The notes under the pieces were generated by a model. That model was not told the DNA's origin. It made no database searches and saw nothing but the letters and a program-made list of their open reading frames with translations. From an uncultured virus (IMG/VR IMGVR_UViG_3300024327_000658) (taxonomy: Duplodnaviria > Heunggongvirae > Uroviricota > Caudoviricetes), in the IMG/VR virus record IMGVR_UViG_3300024327_000658: a stretch of DNA of 64,000 nucleotides; one strand, 5' to 3'. Both the position numbers and the translations under genes were made by a program. Positions 9,812 to 18,912 of this stretch are shown piece by piece (the first letter of the stretch is position 1; each line of letters opens with the position of its first letter).

Positions 9812-10470
9812 AGCTCATCTTTCGATATGTTTGGTATATTTTCTAATGTTTGATCTTGATCAATAACTCTTTTTATTTTAATATCATCATATATATTTAG
9901 TAAGTATTCAAAACCATCTATAAATTCTTTTGTCATAGTAGTATTAGATGCTCCTTCTGAAGGATATCCATTAGTTCCATCATACATATTATCTCTATCA
10001 CCGAATATGTCAAATCCTATTAGATATATTTCTTCTTTTGGATAAAGATTGTGTGCTAATCTAGTTGCTTGTATTCCAGCACTTAATCCCCATCCATCAT
10101 CTTTCCAAGGTGTTTTTCTTATTAAACTTCCTTCTTTAGCCCATGAAATATAAGTGTGATCACCCCAACCATTATAATAAAATTCATATCCTGTCGGTTC
10201 GTTTTCATAAATTTTAGAATCGGAAGGAATATCAATAGTGTCTCTAATCATTCCTGGAAGAGAATTTATATTGCTCAAATAAACAATATTCTTTAAACTA
10301 TAATCAGTATCTAGTATTTCATGAGTGACATGAGGATCAATAGTTAAAAGATAATCTGGTGCAAAATCACGATAAAGAGCATTACAACCAAATGTCCATG
10401 CCTTTGTCTTAATATTTTCTAGATCCATATGTTGTCTAGATTTTCCATTTCCTATTATAACTACTGCCAC
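9778..10470 (-). CDS. Hypothetical protein, putative Rossmann-like sugar transferase; paralog of 10461..11069
   Basis: IIGNGKSR...FGCNALYRDFAPDYL...IYLIGFD...NMY.GT. Confidence 0.55.
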   Translation of the reverse strand: MAVVIIGNGKSRQHMDLENIKTKAWTFGCNALYRDFAPDYLLTIDPHVTHEILDTDYSLKNIVYLSNINSLPGMIRDTIDIPSDSKIYENEPTGYEFYYNGWGDHTYISWAKEGSLIRKTPWKDDGWGLSAGIQATRLAHNLYPKEEIYLIGFDIFGDRDNMYDGTNGYPSEGASNTTMTKEFIDGFEYLLNIYDDIKIKRVIDQDQTLENIPNISKDELWRNLATNQKI

Positions 10471-11069
10471 GTTATTTCTTCCATAAATTGCTCTGTTGTT
10501 ATATTATCAATATTTTCAATTTTTGTATCATCATCTATAACTCTTGTTAATCTTATTTTTGGACAAAAATGATCCTTCAACAAATAAAACAATCCAATTC
10601 TTTCATCTTCCGCCATATGAAATTCTTCATTGGATGTTATTCCCTCCTTAAACATTGTTGGATAATTAGGAGAACCCTCATAAATATTTTTTCTATCACC
10701 GAATAAGTCAAAACCTATCATATATATTTGATCTTCTGGATGAAAATGATATGCCAATCTAATGCTCTCCCATCCAGAATTTACCGGATATATCTTCTCG
10801 AAAGGCACTAAAGAAACTTTATGTCCTTTGGGTGTTTTTTTCAGTATATCCTGTATATTACCATATCCATATTCAGTTGTATAAACTTTATTTTCTTTAG
10901 AATATCCAGACTCAATTATTTCTTCAAGCATCATTGGATCACATGTAAGGAGTATGTCTGGAGTAAAATCACGATAAAGACCATTACTTCCATATATTGT
11001 ACCGTATTTCTTCAAAAATTGCAAGTCTATTTTTTGTCTTGACTCGCCATTACCTATACAAAAAATCAT
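10461..11069 (-). CDS. Hypothetical protein, putative Rossmann-like sugar transferase; paralog of 9778..10470
   Basis: CIGNGESR...YGSNGLYRDFTPDIL...IYMIGFDLFGDRKNIY; also shares RVID near the C-terminus. Confidence 0.55.
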   Translation of the reverse strand: MIFCIGNGESRQKIDLQFLKKYGTIYGSNGLYRDFTPDILLTCDPMMLEEIIESGYSKENKVYTTEYGYGNIQDILKKTPKGHKVSLVPFEKIYPVNSGWESIRLAYHFHPEDQIYMIGFDLFGDRKNIYEGSPNYPTMFKEGITSNEEFHMAEDERIGLFYLLKDHFCPKIRLTRVIDDDTKIENIDNITTEQFMEEITWQ

Positions 11070-11599
11070 GCTTTTTTATAAATTTCACGTTCTATGTTTT
11101 TAATACCATGTGTATACGAATATACAACATGAACTTCAATATTTTCTTTTATTGTTTCAGCTATTTTATTTCTCCACCAATCTTTCGGTTTTAATGTACA
11201 ATGAGCATTTTCACCGTTTGGTAAAATTTGACTGGCTGGATACATTGCTATATTTAAATAAGTACATTTATTTGATAATGTAAAAATTTCTTTTAAAGTG
11301 TAATTTATTTCTTTTTCTGGAACATGTTCTAAAACATCTGTACAAATAACACAATCAAAATTGCCAGATGGCAAAAGACCCCATTTTGGTATTGCAGGAT
11401 CATAAAGCCCCATCTTATCAAGTCCCCATGATAAATGAATCCTATCTTCTATGTAATGTTTTGCATTTCCACATCCATAATCCAATGCGGTTTTTGATTT
11501 TGTAGTTTTTATTAATTTTTTGATATTGTCTAAATGAAGCGTAAGGGAATTGCCAGGATAAGGAGGAAGTTGTTTATATAAATCAATTTTAGAATGCAT
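11066..11599 (-). CDS. Class I SAM-dependent methyltransferase
   Basis: LDYGCGNA, YDPA, FDCVICTDVLEHVPE. Confidence 0.85.
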   Translation of the reverse strand: MHSKIDLYKQLPPYPGNSLTLHLDNIKKLIKTTKSKTALDYGCGNAKHYIEDRIHLSWGLDKMGLYDPAIPKWGLLPSGNFDCVICTDVLEHVPEKEINYTLKEIFTLSNKCTYLNIAMYPASQILPNGENAHCTLKPKDWWRNKIAETIKENIEVHVVYSYTHGIKNIEREIYKKA

Positions 11600-11610
11600 A
11601 ATGTCTCCAA

Positions 11611-11645
11611 AAACAAAAAAGGAGAAGGTTTAACCCTTCTCCTTT
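11611..11645 (-). terminator. Rho-independent terminator after gp23
   Basis: Minus strand AAAGGAGAAGG-GTTAAA-CCTTCTCCTTTTTTGTTT: a perfect stem followed by a U tract, just downstream of the capsid gene. Confidence 0.88.
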
Positions 11646-11672
11646 ATGTATAATCTAAATTTTCAGAGAAAA

Positions 11673-13013
11673 TTACATTAAGTTATTTACTCTTACAATT
11701 CTGTAATACTCGTTGCCTGCGGCACCAGCATTATCTGCACTAATATCTGCACTACCTGAGCTTGTGCTATCTGAAGCTCCAGTTGCAAATGGATTTCTTA
11801 CAAGACCATAACGAGTCTTAAATCCAATTTTTGGCTGGAAAGTGCTTGTATCAACTGCACGTACCATTTGTAACGGAACGTATGGGCAGTAGAACATACC
11901 AGCATCATATGAAGATGATCCTTTATATCCAACTACAAAATAGTTAGCATCATTTGTTACTGCATATGGATCAACATAAACACGATAACGCCCGTTAAGT
12001 ACACCAACAAAAGTATTTCCTGCATCATCAGGATTAAGATTGTTGCTGTCAAGAGCAGGAGCGTAATCAAGAACTCCAGCCATTTGAAGTGCGGAAGCAA
12101 CATCTGAAGAGGTCATAAGGATATTACCTTTTCCTCTACGTGTCTTCTTCGCAATCTCATTGGCTTCTCTCTCTATCTGGAACATGAGACCTTTAAACTT
12201 CTCTACGGACCAGCGACCATTTGAATCTGTGTCAAGATCAAAAATACCTGCAGTTGTGGTGTTATTTTGGGCACCGACTTTGGCTTCTCTGTAAATCTTA
12301 CGAATAACTTCACGATTAATTTCTGCAAGAATCTCAGCGGAAAGAATATTGCTGAGTTCTGTTTCTGCATCAAGACCATGAACTGCTTTAAGATCCTGAG
12401 CAACTTCCATTGTGTAATCCGCTCTTAAGGCTCTTGTTTTCGCAGTAACAGTAACCTTCTCAATCGAGAAAGCCATGTTATTAGGCGTCATTGACTCACC
12501 TGCGGCAGTTGATAATCCTCCACTTACTAAAGTTTGAGAAGCATTAGCCGTACCATCAGAATGAATATGAAGTCCCGGAACATTGCTGTCTTGGGCTATG
12601 CCAGAATTAGCAGAATAATTTGTGTCCGCTTCATTATAAAGTGCTTCTGGTGACTGATTCATTGTGACATATCTTGCTCTCATAGCAAAGATAAGACCAG
12701 TAGGACCAGTCATTGGTTGCACACCACAAACATCGTATGCAATCAAATTAGGCATTGCTCTCCGAACAAGAGAAATCATAATAGGGTCATATTTTGCAAC
12801 ACCCCCCTGATCAGGGAATGAGCCTGAAGCCTGGCCGGCCTCTGTCAAGAAATTTTGTGAAGAAAGGACTTGATTGTCTTCCTGCATGGACTTTTCTTGA
12901 TTCTCCAAAAGAACAGTTGTTACTGCCTTTCTATATGGGTCTGAAATTGTTCCCAATTCTGGATGATCAAGAATAGGAGCCCACTTTTTTTGTAATTGCT
13001 CTGATAAATACAT
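11673..13013 (-). CDS. gp23: Major capsid protein (T4 gp23)
   Basis: KWAPILDH, VCGVQPMTGPTGLIFAMR, LKAVHGLDAETELSNILS, YCPYVPLQ, FQPKIGFKTRYG. Confidence 0.99.
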   Translation of the reverse strand: MYLSEQLQKKWAPILDHPELGTISDPYRKAVTTVLLENQEKSMQEDNQVLSSQNFLTEAGQASGSFPDQGGVAKYDPIMISLVRRAMPNLIAYDVCGVQPMTGPTGLIFAMRARYVTMNQSPEALYNEADTNYSANSGIAQDSNVPGLHIHSDGTANASQTLVSGGLSTAAGESMTPNNMAFSIEKVTVTAKTRALRADYTMEVAQDLKAVHGLDAETELSNILSAEILAEINREVIRKIYREAKVGAQNNTTTAGIFDLDTDSNGRWSVEKFKGLMFQIEREANEIAKKTRRGKGNILMTSSDVASALQMAGVLDYAPALDSNNLNPDDAGNTFVGVLNGRYRVYVDPYAVTNDANYFVVGYKGSSSYDAGMFYCPYVPLQMVRAVDTSTFQPKIGFKTRYGLVRNPFATGASDSTSSGSADISADNAGAAGNEYYRIVRVNNLM

Positions 13014-13032
13014 GTGTAAATCTCCTTAATTG

Positions 13033-14232
13033 TTATTTAATAATAGTTCTAGAAATAGCTGATGCATATTTTTTGATATTTTCAGGCGCTTGTGCCATTG
13101 CATCGTCTGAAGAATTTTCTTCATTGAATTCCATATCATCTTGTGTATCTTCGATTAAAACGGTTTTTGGATTAATCGTTTCTTCTGCACGGAAATACTT
13201 GTCTTTAATAATCTGAAGTTTTTCAGTATAGGAATCTTCATTTTCATATCCAATACCCTCAGCCAATTTAATCATTTTTTCTTGATCAACTTCAGTCATT
13301 CCTTCTGAAACCATATACAAAGAATCCATCTTTTTGTACTCTTTGAGGTCTTTAGATGAATCAATGTTTTTTTGTATTTCAGAATTTAATGACTCTTCAA
13401 GGTCTTCAACCTTAGCGAATAGGTCATCAACAAGATCAACCTTTTCGTCAGGAATATCAACATAATGTTCGACAAACAGATTTTTAAGACCAACCATAAA
13501 ATCTTCAACGATTTCTGAACGAATGCCCTTATCAACGGCAAGTTCATTTTCTTGCATCCATTCATTAACAACATAATTCATGAAATCATCTACTTTTTCA
13601 ATCATAACACTATGGTTATTTTCGATGGCTTCTTGAAGTTCTGTTTTATATTGTTCATCGAGTTTGTCTATTCTTGTGGAAACTTCATCGTTGACTCTAG
13701 CAAAAACTGCGGCTTCAAATATAGTAGCCGCCTTTTCTTTAAATTCGTCTGACAGTTCTTCTCCCTCAATAAGGGCTTGAACATCACTCTCTAAATCAAA
13801 TTCTTCTCTAGTAACAACTTCTCGTGTTTCTTTTTTATTTTCGGAAACAATTTCATTACCTTCTTCGTCGAATTCGGCTTCATCAATTTCGTTAAGCGCA
13901 CCGAGAATTTCAGCAACTTCATCTTTGCTCATCTCGTCTAACTTATCATAAATTGATTTAATAAGTGACATTTTTGATGCACTTTCAGAAACTCCTCCTT
14001 TATCAGCAGGACGCTTCTTAGCAGATGGCACCCCTTTTGTAAAATCTGGTTTGGGCCCATCGGGAACCTCGTTATTTACTCCCGTATCTATTGCTTTTTT
14101 GGGAGCTTTTTTAATTGGTTCTTTATTTTTTCCAGCACCTGGATATGAAGTCTCATGTACCTGAGATTCTTCATTTGTAATATCCTCTTGAGTTTCCTCT
14201 TGAGTTTCCTCTATTACGTTTTCTTCTGACAT
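13033..14232 (-). CDS. gp22: Prohead core scaffolding protein (T4 gp22)
   Basis: Acidic; LSDEFKEKAATIFEAAV, EWMQENELAV, GLKNLFVEHY; lies between gp21 and gp23. Confidence 0.93.
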   Translation of the reverse strand: MSEENVIEETQEETQEDITNEESQVHETSYPGAGKNKEPIKKAPKKAIDTGVNNEVPDGPKPDFTKGVPSAKKRPADKGGVSESASKMSLIKSIYDKLDEMSKDEVAEILGALNEIDEAEFDEEGNEIVSENKKETREVVTREEFDLESDVQALIEGEELSDEFKEKAATIFEAAVFARVNDEVSTRIDKLDEQYKTELQEAIENNHSVMIEKVDDFMNYVVNEWMQENELAVDKGIRSEIVEDFMVGLKNLFVEHYVDIPDEKVDLVDDLFAKVEDLEESLNSEIQKNIDSSKDLKEYKKMDSLYMVSEGMTEVDQEKMIKLAEGIGYENEDSYTEKLQIIKDKYFRAEETINPKTVLIEDTQDDMEFNEENSSDDAMAQAPENIKKYASAISRTIIK

Positions 14233-14281
14233 TTGATAACTCCTTAATTTTGTGAGAATTTTGTTTTCTGTCTCATGTTTA

Positions 14282-14289
14282 TATTTATA
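14282..14289 (-). promoter_or_regulatory. T4-type late promoter TATAAATA (gp22/gp23)
   Basis: Exact consensus on the minus strand in the gp21-gp22 gap. Confidence 0.82.
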
Positions 14290-14292
14290 TAA

Positions 14293-14937
14293 TTATAGAT
14301 TTGAAAGAAAACTATTAAACGCTTTTAACTTTACATTCTCTAGTTTAATGGAAGAGGATTTGTTAATTTCTTTTTTAATAAACGAAAGAGCTTTTTCTTT
14401 AATAACCCCTGACTCCCAAACCCATTCTTTTCCTTCCATGATTCCTTGAACAAATGCCTCGGGTGCAGAAGGATCAGCAACTATATCAGCGGCTGTTGCT
14501 AAATAAAAATCATCTTTTACATATTTTGTTCCACCCTTTTCTTCTAAAGACCCCATTCCCCTAGAAGAAACGCCTAACTGTGCGCCATTTTCAATAAGAT
14601 TTTGCACAATTTTTCCATATGGAGTGTCCATAATTTTTGCTTTACCAATAACATTATTACCGTCTTCTTCCAGCTCGGTAATCATATGAGACACCCTTTC
14701 TAAATTTATACCAGGACCATCTGGATGCCCCAATTCTCCAAATGCTCTTTTTTTGTTAACATAATTCTCATTATATCTCTGAATTTCTTTCATAAGAATT
14801 TCTTTGGGATAAACTCTTCCATTTTTATTTTTCACTTCTGCCATCATGAACGGTCCATGAATATATAGAGACTTTTTCCCATTGATAGTTTCTGTAATAT
14901 ATTCTATATTTTCTGTAATTTCTGTAATTAATCTCAT
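14293..14937 (-). CDS. gp21: Prohead protease (T4 gp21)
   Basis: NKNGRVYP, GELGHP, LGVSSRGMGSL, DIVADPSAPEAFV. Confidence 0.97.
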   Translation of the reverse strand: MRLITEITENIEYITETINGKKSLYIHGPFMMAEVKNKNGRVYPKEILMKEIQRYNENYVNKKRAFGELGHPDGPGINLERVSHMITELEEDGNNVIGKAKIMDTPYGKIVQNLIENGAQLGVSSRGMGSLEEKGGTKYVKDDFYLATAADIVADPSAPEAFVQGIMEGKEWVWESGVIKEKALSFIKKEINKSSSIKLENVKLKAFNSFLSNL

Positions 14938-14946
14938 GACTTAGCC

Positions 14947-15345
14947 TTATTGTCCAGGTGTTTTTATCTTTGTCTTTCTTTTACGTTGCAATTCTTGATA
15001 TCTTTTAACTTTTACTAGTCGTTTTGCCATTTTTTTAATTTTGGGTAAAAACTTATCTAATCTTGTTGATATCATCATTTTTTGAGCAGGAGACATAGAT
15101 GCCATACTTTGTCCTTTAGCAATTCTATTTTTCATTATATTTCTAGCACTTCTCTGAGCCCGTTTTTGCAATACTTTTGGACTAGCCATTCTTCTTAATG
15201 CTCTCTCCTTCGCTCTTGTCAATAACTTAGAACGTCTTCTAGCTCGTTGACCCGCTTTCAATCTTTGTTGAAGAGTAAATTTTCTTTCCTCTAAGGGAAC
15301 ATGTTGATATTCTGATTCATCTTTAAATTCTCTGAAATTTTTCAT
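14947..15345 (-). CDS. Highly basic protein, possible prohead core protein
   Basis: Arg/Lys-rich, immediately upstream of gp21. Confidence 0.55.
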   Translation of the reverse strand: MKNFREFKDESEYQHVPLEERKFTLQQRLKAGQRARRRSKLLTRAKERALRRMASPKVLQKRAQRSARNIMKNRIAKGQSMASMSPAQKMMISTRLDKFLPKIKKMAKRLVKVKRYQELQRKRKTKIKTPGQ

Positions 15346-15662
15346 TTTTTTTGATGATGCTTTCCTAATTTCGAAATTCCCCTATACAACCCAGATCTCA
15401 ACGTTTTCTTTCTTTTTAAAGTTATTAATCTCTGTTTTATTTTTCTTTTTCTTAAAGACTGCCTTATTTTCAAATTAGTTTTAGGATTAAACCTTTTTCT
15501 TTCTTTAGCAGACATTTTTTTAAGGATCTTTTTACCCGCAACTTTTCTATATCCTTTACCGATCAGGCTTCTGCTTTTTCTAAAAATATTTCTGAACGCC
15601 TTTCGTCTACCGCCAATAGTTCGAACACGACTAATTTTATGTATTCTTCTCGCATTTGCCAT
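15342..15662 (-). CDS. Highly basic prohead core protein (gp68-like)
   Basis: KMSAKERKR...RKRK...KRKKTL resembles the basic C-terminus of T4 gp68, and it sits at the gp68 position. Confidence 0.55.
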   Translation of the reverse strand: MANARRIHKISRVRTIGGRRKAFRNIFRKSRSLIGKGYRKVAGKKILKKMSAKERKRFNPKTNLKIRQSLRKRKIKQRLITLKRKKTLRSGLYRGISKLGKHHQKK

Positions 15663-15668
15663 TTAACA

Positions 15669-15917
15669 TTAGTCCGAATGTGCTATTTTTGTCGCTTGAC
15701 CCGTGAAGGTTATGCTATAAGCGGCATCTTTATTAACTTTATGTATTCCTACAGGAAGTTTAATTGTTCCTTTAGACTCCCATGCCGCACCATTTAATCC
15801 AAGACCCTGTACTTCTACAACTCCAGCAGTTTCTATGTTACACGCAACCGAAGTCGCTGAACCTATTGTATTATTTGCTGGATCTGTTACTAAAGTTCCA
15901 AGTATTTTATAAGCCAT
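15669..15917 (-). CDS. Hypothetical protein (possibly virion-associated)
   Basis: 82-aa beta-rich ORF in the head operon. Confidence 0.6.
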   Translation of the reverse strand: MAYKILGTLVTDPANNTIGSATSVACNIETAGVVEVQGLGLNGAAWESKGTIKLPVGIHKVNKDAAYSITFTGQATKIAHSD

Positions 15918-15920
15918 TAA

Positions 15921-16499
15921 TTACTCTCCTCTGCTTCTAGAAAAAGAAACCATGTTCCAAAAATCTTTCTTACTTTCAAATAGTTTTTTAGAAAACTCTT
16001 CTTTATTTTTTTCATTTAATCTTTTATATGTTTCGTATAAAATTTTTGCATCATCAGGATCAACAATTACTTGAATATCATCTTTTAAACTTATTTTATG
16101 AGATCTTTGTTCTTTATAAATTTGTTTAAGCAATGGAATTAAATCATTAATATGATGAACATCTTCAATCATATCTGCATCATCATATTCATATTCTTCA
16201 TATGGATTATCTTCTGAACCATGTTCCATTTCATAATCAAGATAATATTTTACAGAACTTAAATTAGAACATGCTTTTGAAATTTTATCTTGTACCCATG
16301 TTTCTAATTCAACTTGATCATCAAGCATTTCAAAAAGGTCCTTACTGTATTTATGCACTTTATATAAACTTTGTTTAGCCAGTCTTCCTTCAAAATCATC
16401 ATATTTCATTTTCATATGAGGAAATTCATGAGAAATGTTTACAGAATGTTCTTTTATTTCTTTTTTAGCTACTGATGATAAATCTTTAAATGTTTTCAT
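15921..16499 (-). CDS. Hypothetical head-operon protein
   Basis: MKTFKD start typical of T4-like late small proteins; LETWVQDKISKA motif; follows a late promoter. Confidence 0.65.
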   Translation of the reverse strand: MKTFKDLSSVAKKEIKEHSVNISHEFPHMKMKYDDFEGRLAKQSLYKVHKYSKDLFEMLDDQVELETWVQDKISKACSNLSSVKYYLDYEMEHGSEDNPYEEYEYDDADMIEDVHHINDLIPLLKQIYKEQRSHKISLKDDIQVIVDPDDAKILYETYKRLNEKNKEEFSKKLFESKKDFWNMVSFSRSRGE

Positions 16500-16533
16500 A
16501 ACCCCTTGGCATTAAATTGTAATATCTAATTTA

Positions 16534-16541
16534 TATTTATA
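16534..16541 (-). promoter_or_regulatory. T4-type late promoter TATAAATA
   Basis: Exact consensus at the downstream boundary of the insertion, restarting the head genes. Confidence 0.82.
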
Positions 16542-16559
16542 TAATCCATGTCCTTTGTG

Positions 16560-16946
16560 TTAAATCATTTTTCCTAAAATCATGCCAAAGTCATTAGGTA
16601 AATGGTAAATTATATTTTTTTCATCTAAAAGTGTTTTAACTTGATCATATATGGATTCATCAAAATCAAAATACCACATATAATCTTCTGCCCATTGCCC
16701 AGCACATGAAACCAAAGAAAGCAATGTTGAATTATTAGCAGTGTGTTTATATTCATTTTTAACATATCCAGATGTAGTAGGATCAAAAGTGCATATTAAC
16801 GATGATGTTTGTAAATGTATTTTATGAAAGTCTGTTAAATCTGGAACAGGTTCAATATCACAATCCAATACAAATTCATTATCAACTATTGTTAATGTTG
16901 CTTCTATCTCTATTCCGCTCTCTGTTAAAGGCATATTCCGCTCCAA
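16560..16946 (-). CDS. Hypothetical protein (last gene of the island)
   Basis: 128-aa ORF overlapping the upstream gene. Confidence 0.6.
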   Translation of the reverse strand: MERNMPLTESGIEIEATLTIVDNEFVLDCDIEPVPDLTDFHKIHLQTSSLICTFDPTTSGYVKNEYKHTANNSTLLSLVSCAGQWAEDYMWYFDFDESIYDQVKTLLDEKNIIYHLPNDFGMILGKMI

Positions 16947-17512
16947 AAATCATCCCAAATAAGTTTATCTGCTGAATCATAAGGTCTAAACCATTTATCC
17001 CCAACATGCATTTTTTTAACACCATCAAATGGAAGTTCGACCCAAAATAATAAGCGAGGTTTCCATTCTGGATTTAATTTCCAATTTTCCCAATGAAGAA
17101 CACTACCTAAAAACGAATCCATTAATAAATCGTCACCTAAATACAAATAATTTATAATTTTACTGCCTAATTTTCTTAACAAAAGAGGATTTTCTAAAAT
17201 AACAAAAACAGGTAGTCCATAAGCAGAATCAGGAAGTTCATCTAATGATTGCTCGTTAAATGTATGTATTGTTGCACCTGTTTGTTGTAAATCATTCTTA
17301 ATGGCTCTCATCATCTGAACTGCATGAATTTCATATTGTTCCATATCTAAGTCAGAATTAATATTATTATCAGGAAATAAAGATAAGGATACATTCATAA
17401 GAAAATGATTAATCGCAATATTAGAACCATTAAGATGTGTAGGATATAAATCTTTTTTGAGAGAATTCGTCCAAGCAGTTTTAAATATTGTTCTTCGTTC
17501 TTCGGGAGTCAT
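16925..17512 (-). CDS. Hypothetical protein
   Basis: 195-aa ORF, ATGA-coupled. Confidence 0.65.
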   Translation of the reverse strand: MTPEERRTIFKTAWTNSLKKDLYPTHLNGSNIAINHFLMNVSLSLFPDNNINSDLDMEQYEIHAVQMMRAIKNDLQQTGATIHTFNEQSLDELPDSAYGLPVFVILENPLLLRKLGSKIINYLYLGDDLLMDSFLGSVLHWENWKLNPEWKPRLLFWVELPFDGVKKMHVGDKWFRPYDSADKLIWDDFWSGICL

Positions 17513-18009
17513 AATGATATTCCTTTTCGGTCAAAATATTCCGTTATACTATGCATAAAATCATAAATATATGCCCATTTCATATGAAATTGAGGCCTCC
17601 CCTCCTTACTTTGCTGTAAATATTCCATCACGGAACTATTAGGATCAACAGTAGGATATGATGTATATAAATTTTCAAGAAAAGCATCAAAATGTTCTTG
17701 ACCATATTTCGTTGCTAACGAATTATATCCATTTATTATAGTATTTATTCTCGTAGAATACGAATGAATATGATCAGGTCCAGGATGTAATTGTTTATCG
17801 ATATATGTTCGACCTTCTTCTACGGTATCATCTGTATATTGAGTATCATCTATGATAGTCTCTTTTGTAAATCTAATCTTTGATGTTGAATGAATTAAAC
17901 AATGAAGTTCTATTAATAATGTATCATCATCTAGTTCATCTTCCATTTTTAACTTTGACCACAGAGGAGATGTATCTATAGTCGGAAATTCTTCAGTAAT
18001 TCTTCCCAT
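17509..18009 (-). CDS. Hypothetical protein
   Basis: 166-aa ORF with an AAGGA Shine-Dalgarno. Confidence 0.65.
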   Translation of the reverse strand: MGRITEEFPTIDTSPLWSKLKMEDELDDDTLLIELHCLIHSTSKIRFTKETIIDDTQYTDDTVEEGRTYIDKQLHPGPDHIHSYSTRINTIINGYNSLATKYGQEHFDAFLENLYTSYPTVDPNSSVMEYLQQSKEGRPQFHMKWAYIYDFMHSITEYFDRKGISL

Positions 18010-18018
18010 TTTATATCC

Positions 18019-18912
18019 TTACTTTAATGCTTCCAAAAACCAGTCTATTCGTTTTTCTTCTTCTAAAAGGTATTTAGTAAACGGTTTTGCTATTTTACCA
18101 TATTGGCAACTTTCAATAAAGGGTTTATCTTCTGATAAAATGGTCGGTACAAAGTTTTTCGCACTCGTTTTTATAACGTCCGCCATTCGTTCATCCATAC
18201 CTTCTTTATTAAAATATCCTTCATATACTACTGTTGTTTCATTATGTTTTTCGGGAATAAAATAACCAATAAACGTCACAATATCAGAAATATTTGATAT
18301 AAACAAATTAGGAAATATATAGATATTTTCCCATTTCCATTCATCAATATATTTTTTATATCGTTGAGGTGCTTCTGAAACTATTCGTTCTAATGAATGT
18401 TTTCCATATCTTATTTGTTCTGGAATATGGTCTAATGAAAGAAATGGTTTTAACATATTTTTAGATTCTTTATGTACGTGTTTTACATGCTGGTATTCTA
18501 TAACATTTTCAACAAATAATTTCCAATTTGCGTTAATTTTCAACTCGTAATGAAAAAAATGATTATTGGCTTTATAATTATATTTGCGTAATAAAGAAAT
18601 CATTGAAGGATCGTGTTCACCTACAAACAATAAATTTTTATATCTGTAATGAGGATATTGTTTTGCATGAGACTGGTCTTTACCATGATAACCACATACA
18701 AATTCTTGATTACCATATCCTAGGGGGTGTATTAAGGAAAGTCTATGGTCACAAACATTATCATAAACAGCACCATCTCTAACAACAACTGGGTGTTTTC
18801 CTATAAGAAAACTGTGATAATCATTTTTACGTAATGAACGATACCCAGAATCTACAAACATTCCTTTTAAGAATATTTTTTCTATTTCCTCACTAAATCG
18901 TTGTTTTTCCAT
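18019..18912 (-). CDS. Rieske non-heme iron oxygenase alpha subunit (compact)
   Basis: Rieske motif CDH-x16-CGYH; mononuclear Fe motif NWKLFVENVIEYQHVKHVH; distal EDKPFIESCQ. Confidence 0.88.
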   Translation of the reverse strand: MEKQRFSEEIEKIFLKGMFVDSGYRSLRKNDYHSFLIGKHPVVVRDGAVYDNVCDHRLSLIHPLGYGNQEFVCGYHGKDQSHAKQYPHYRYKNLLFVGEHDPSMISLLRKYNYKANNHFFHYELKINANWKLFVENVIEYQHVKHVHKESKNMLKPFLSLDHIPEQIRYGKHSLERIVSEAPQRYKKYIDEWKWENIYIFPNLFISNISDIVTFIGYFIPEKHNETTVVYEGYFNKEGMDERMADVIKTSAKNFVPTILSEDKPFIESCQYGKIAKPFTKYLLEEEKRIDWFLEALK

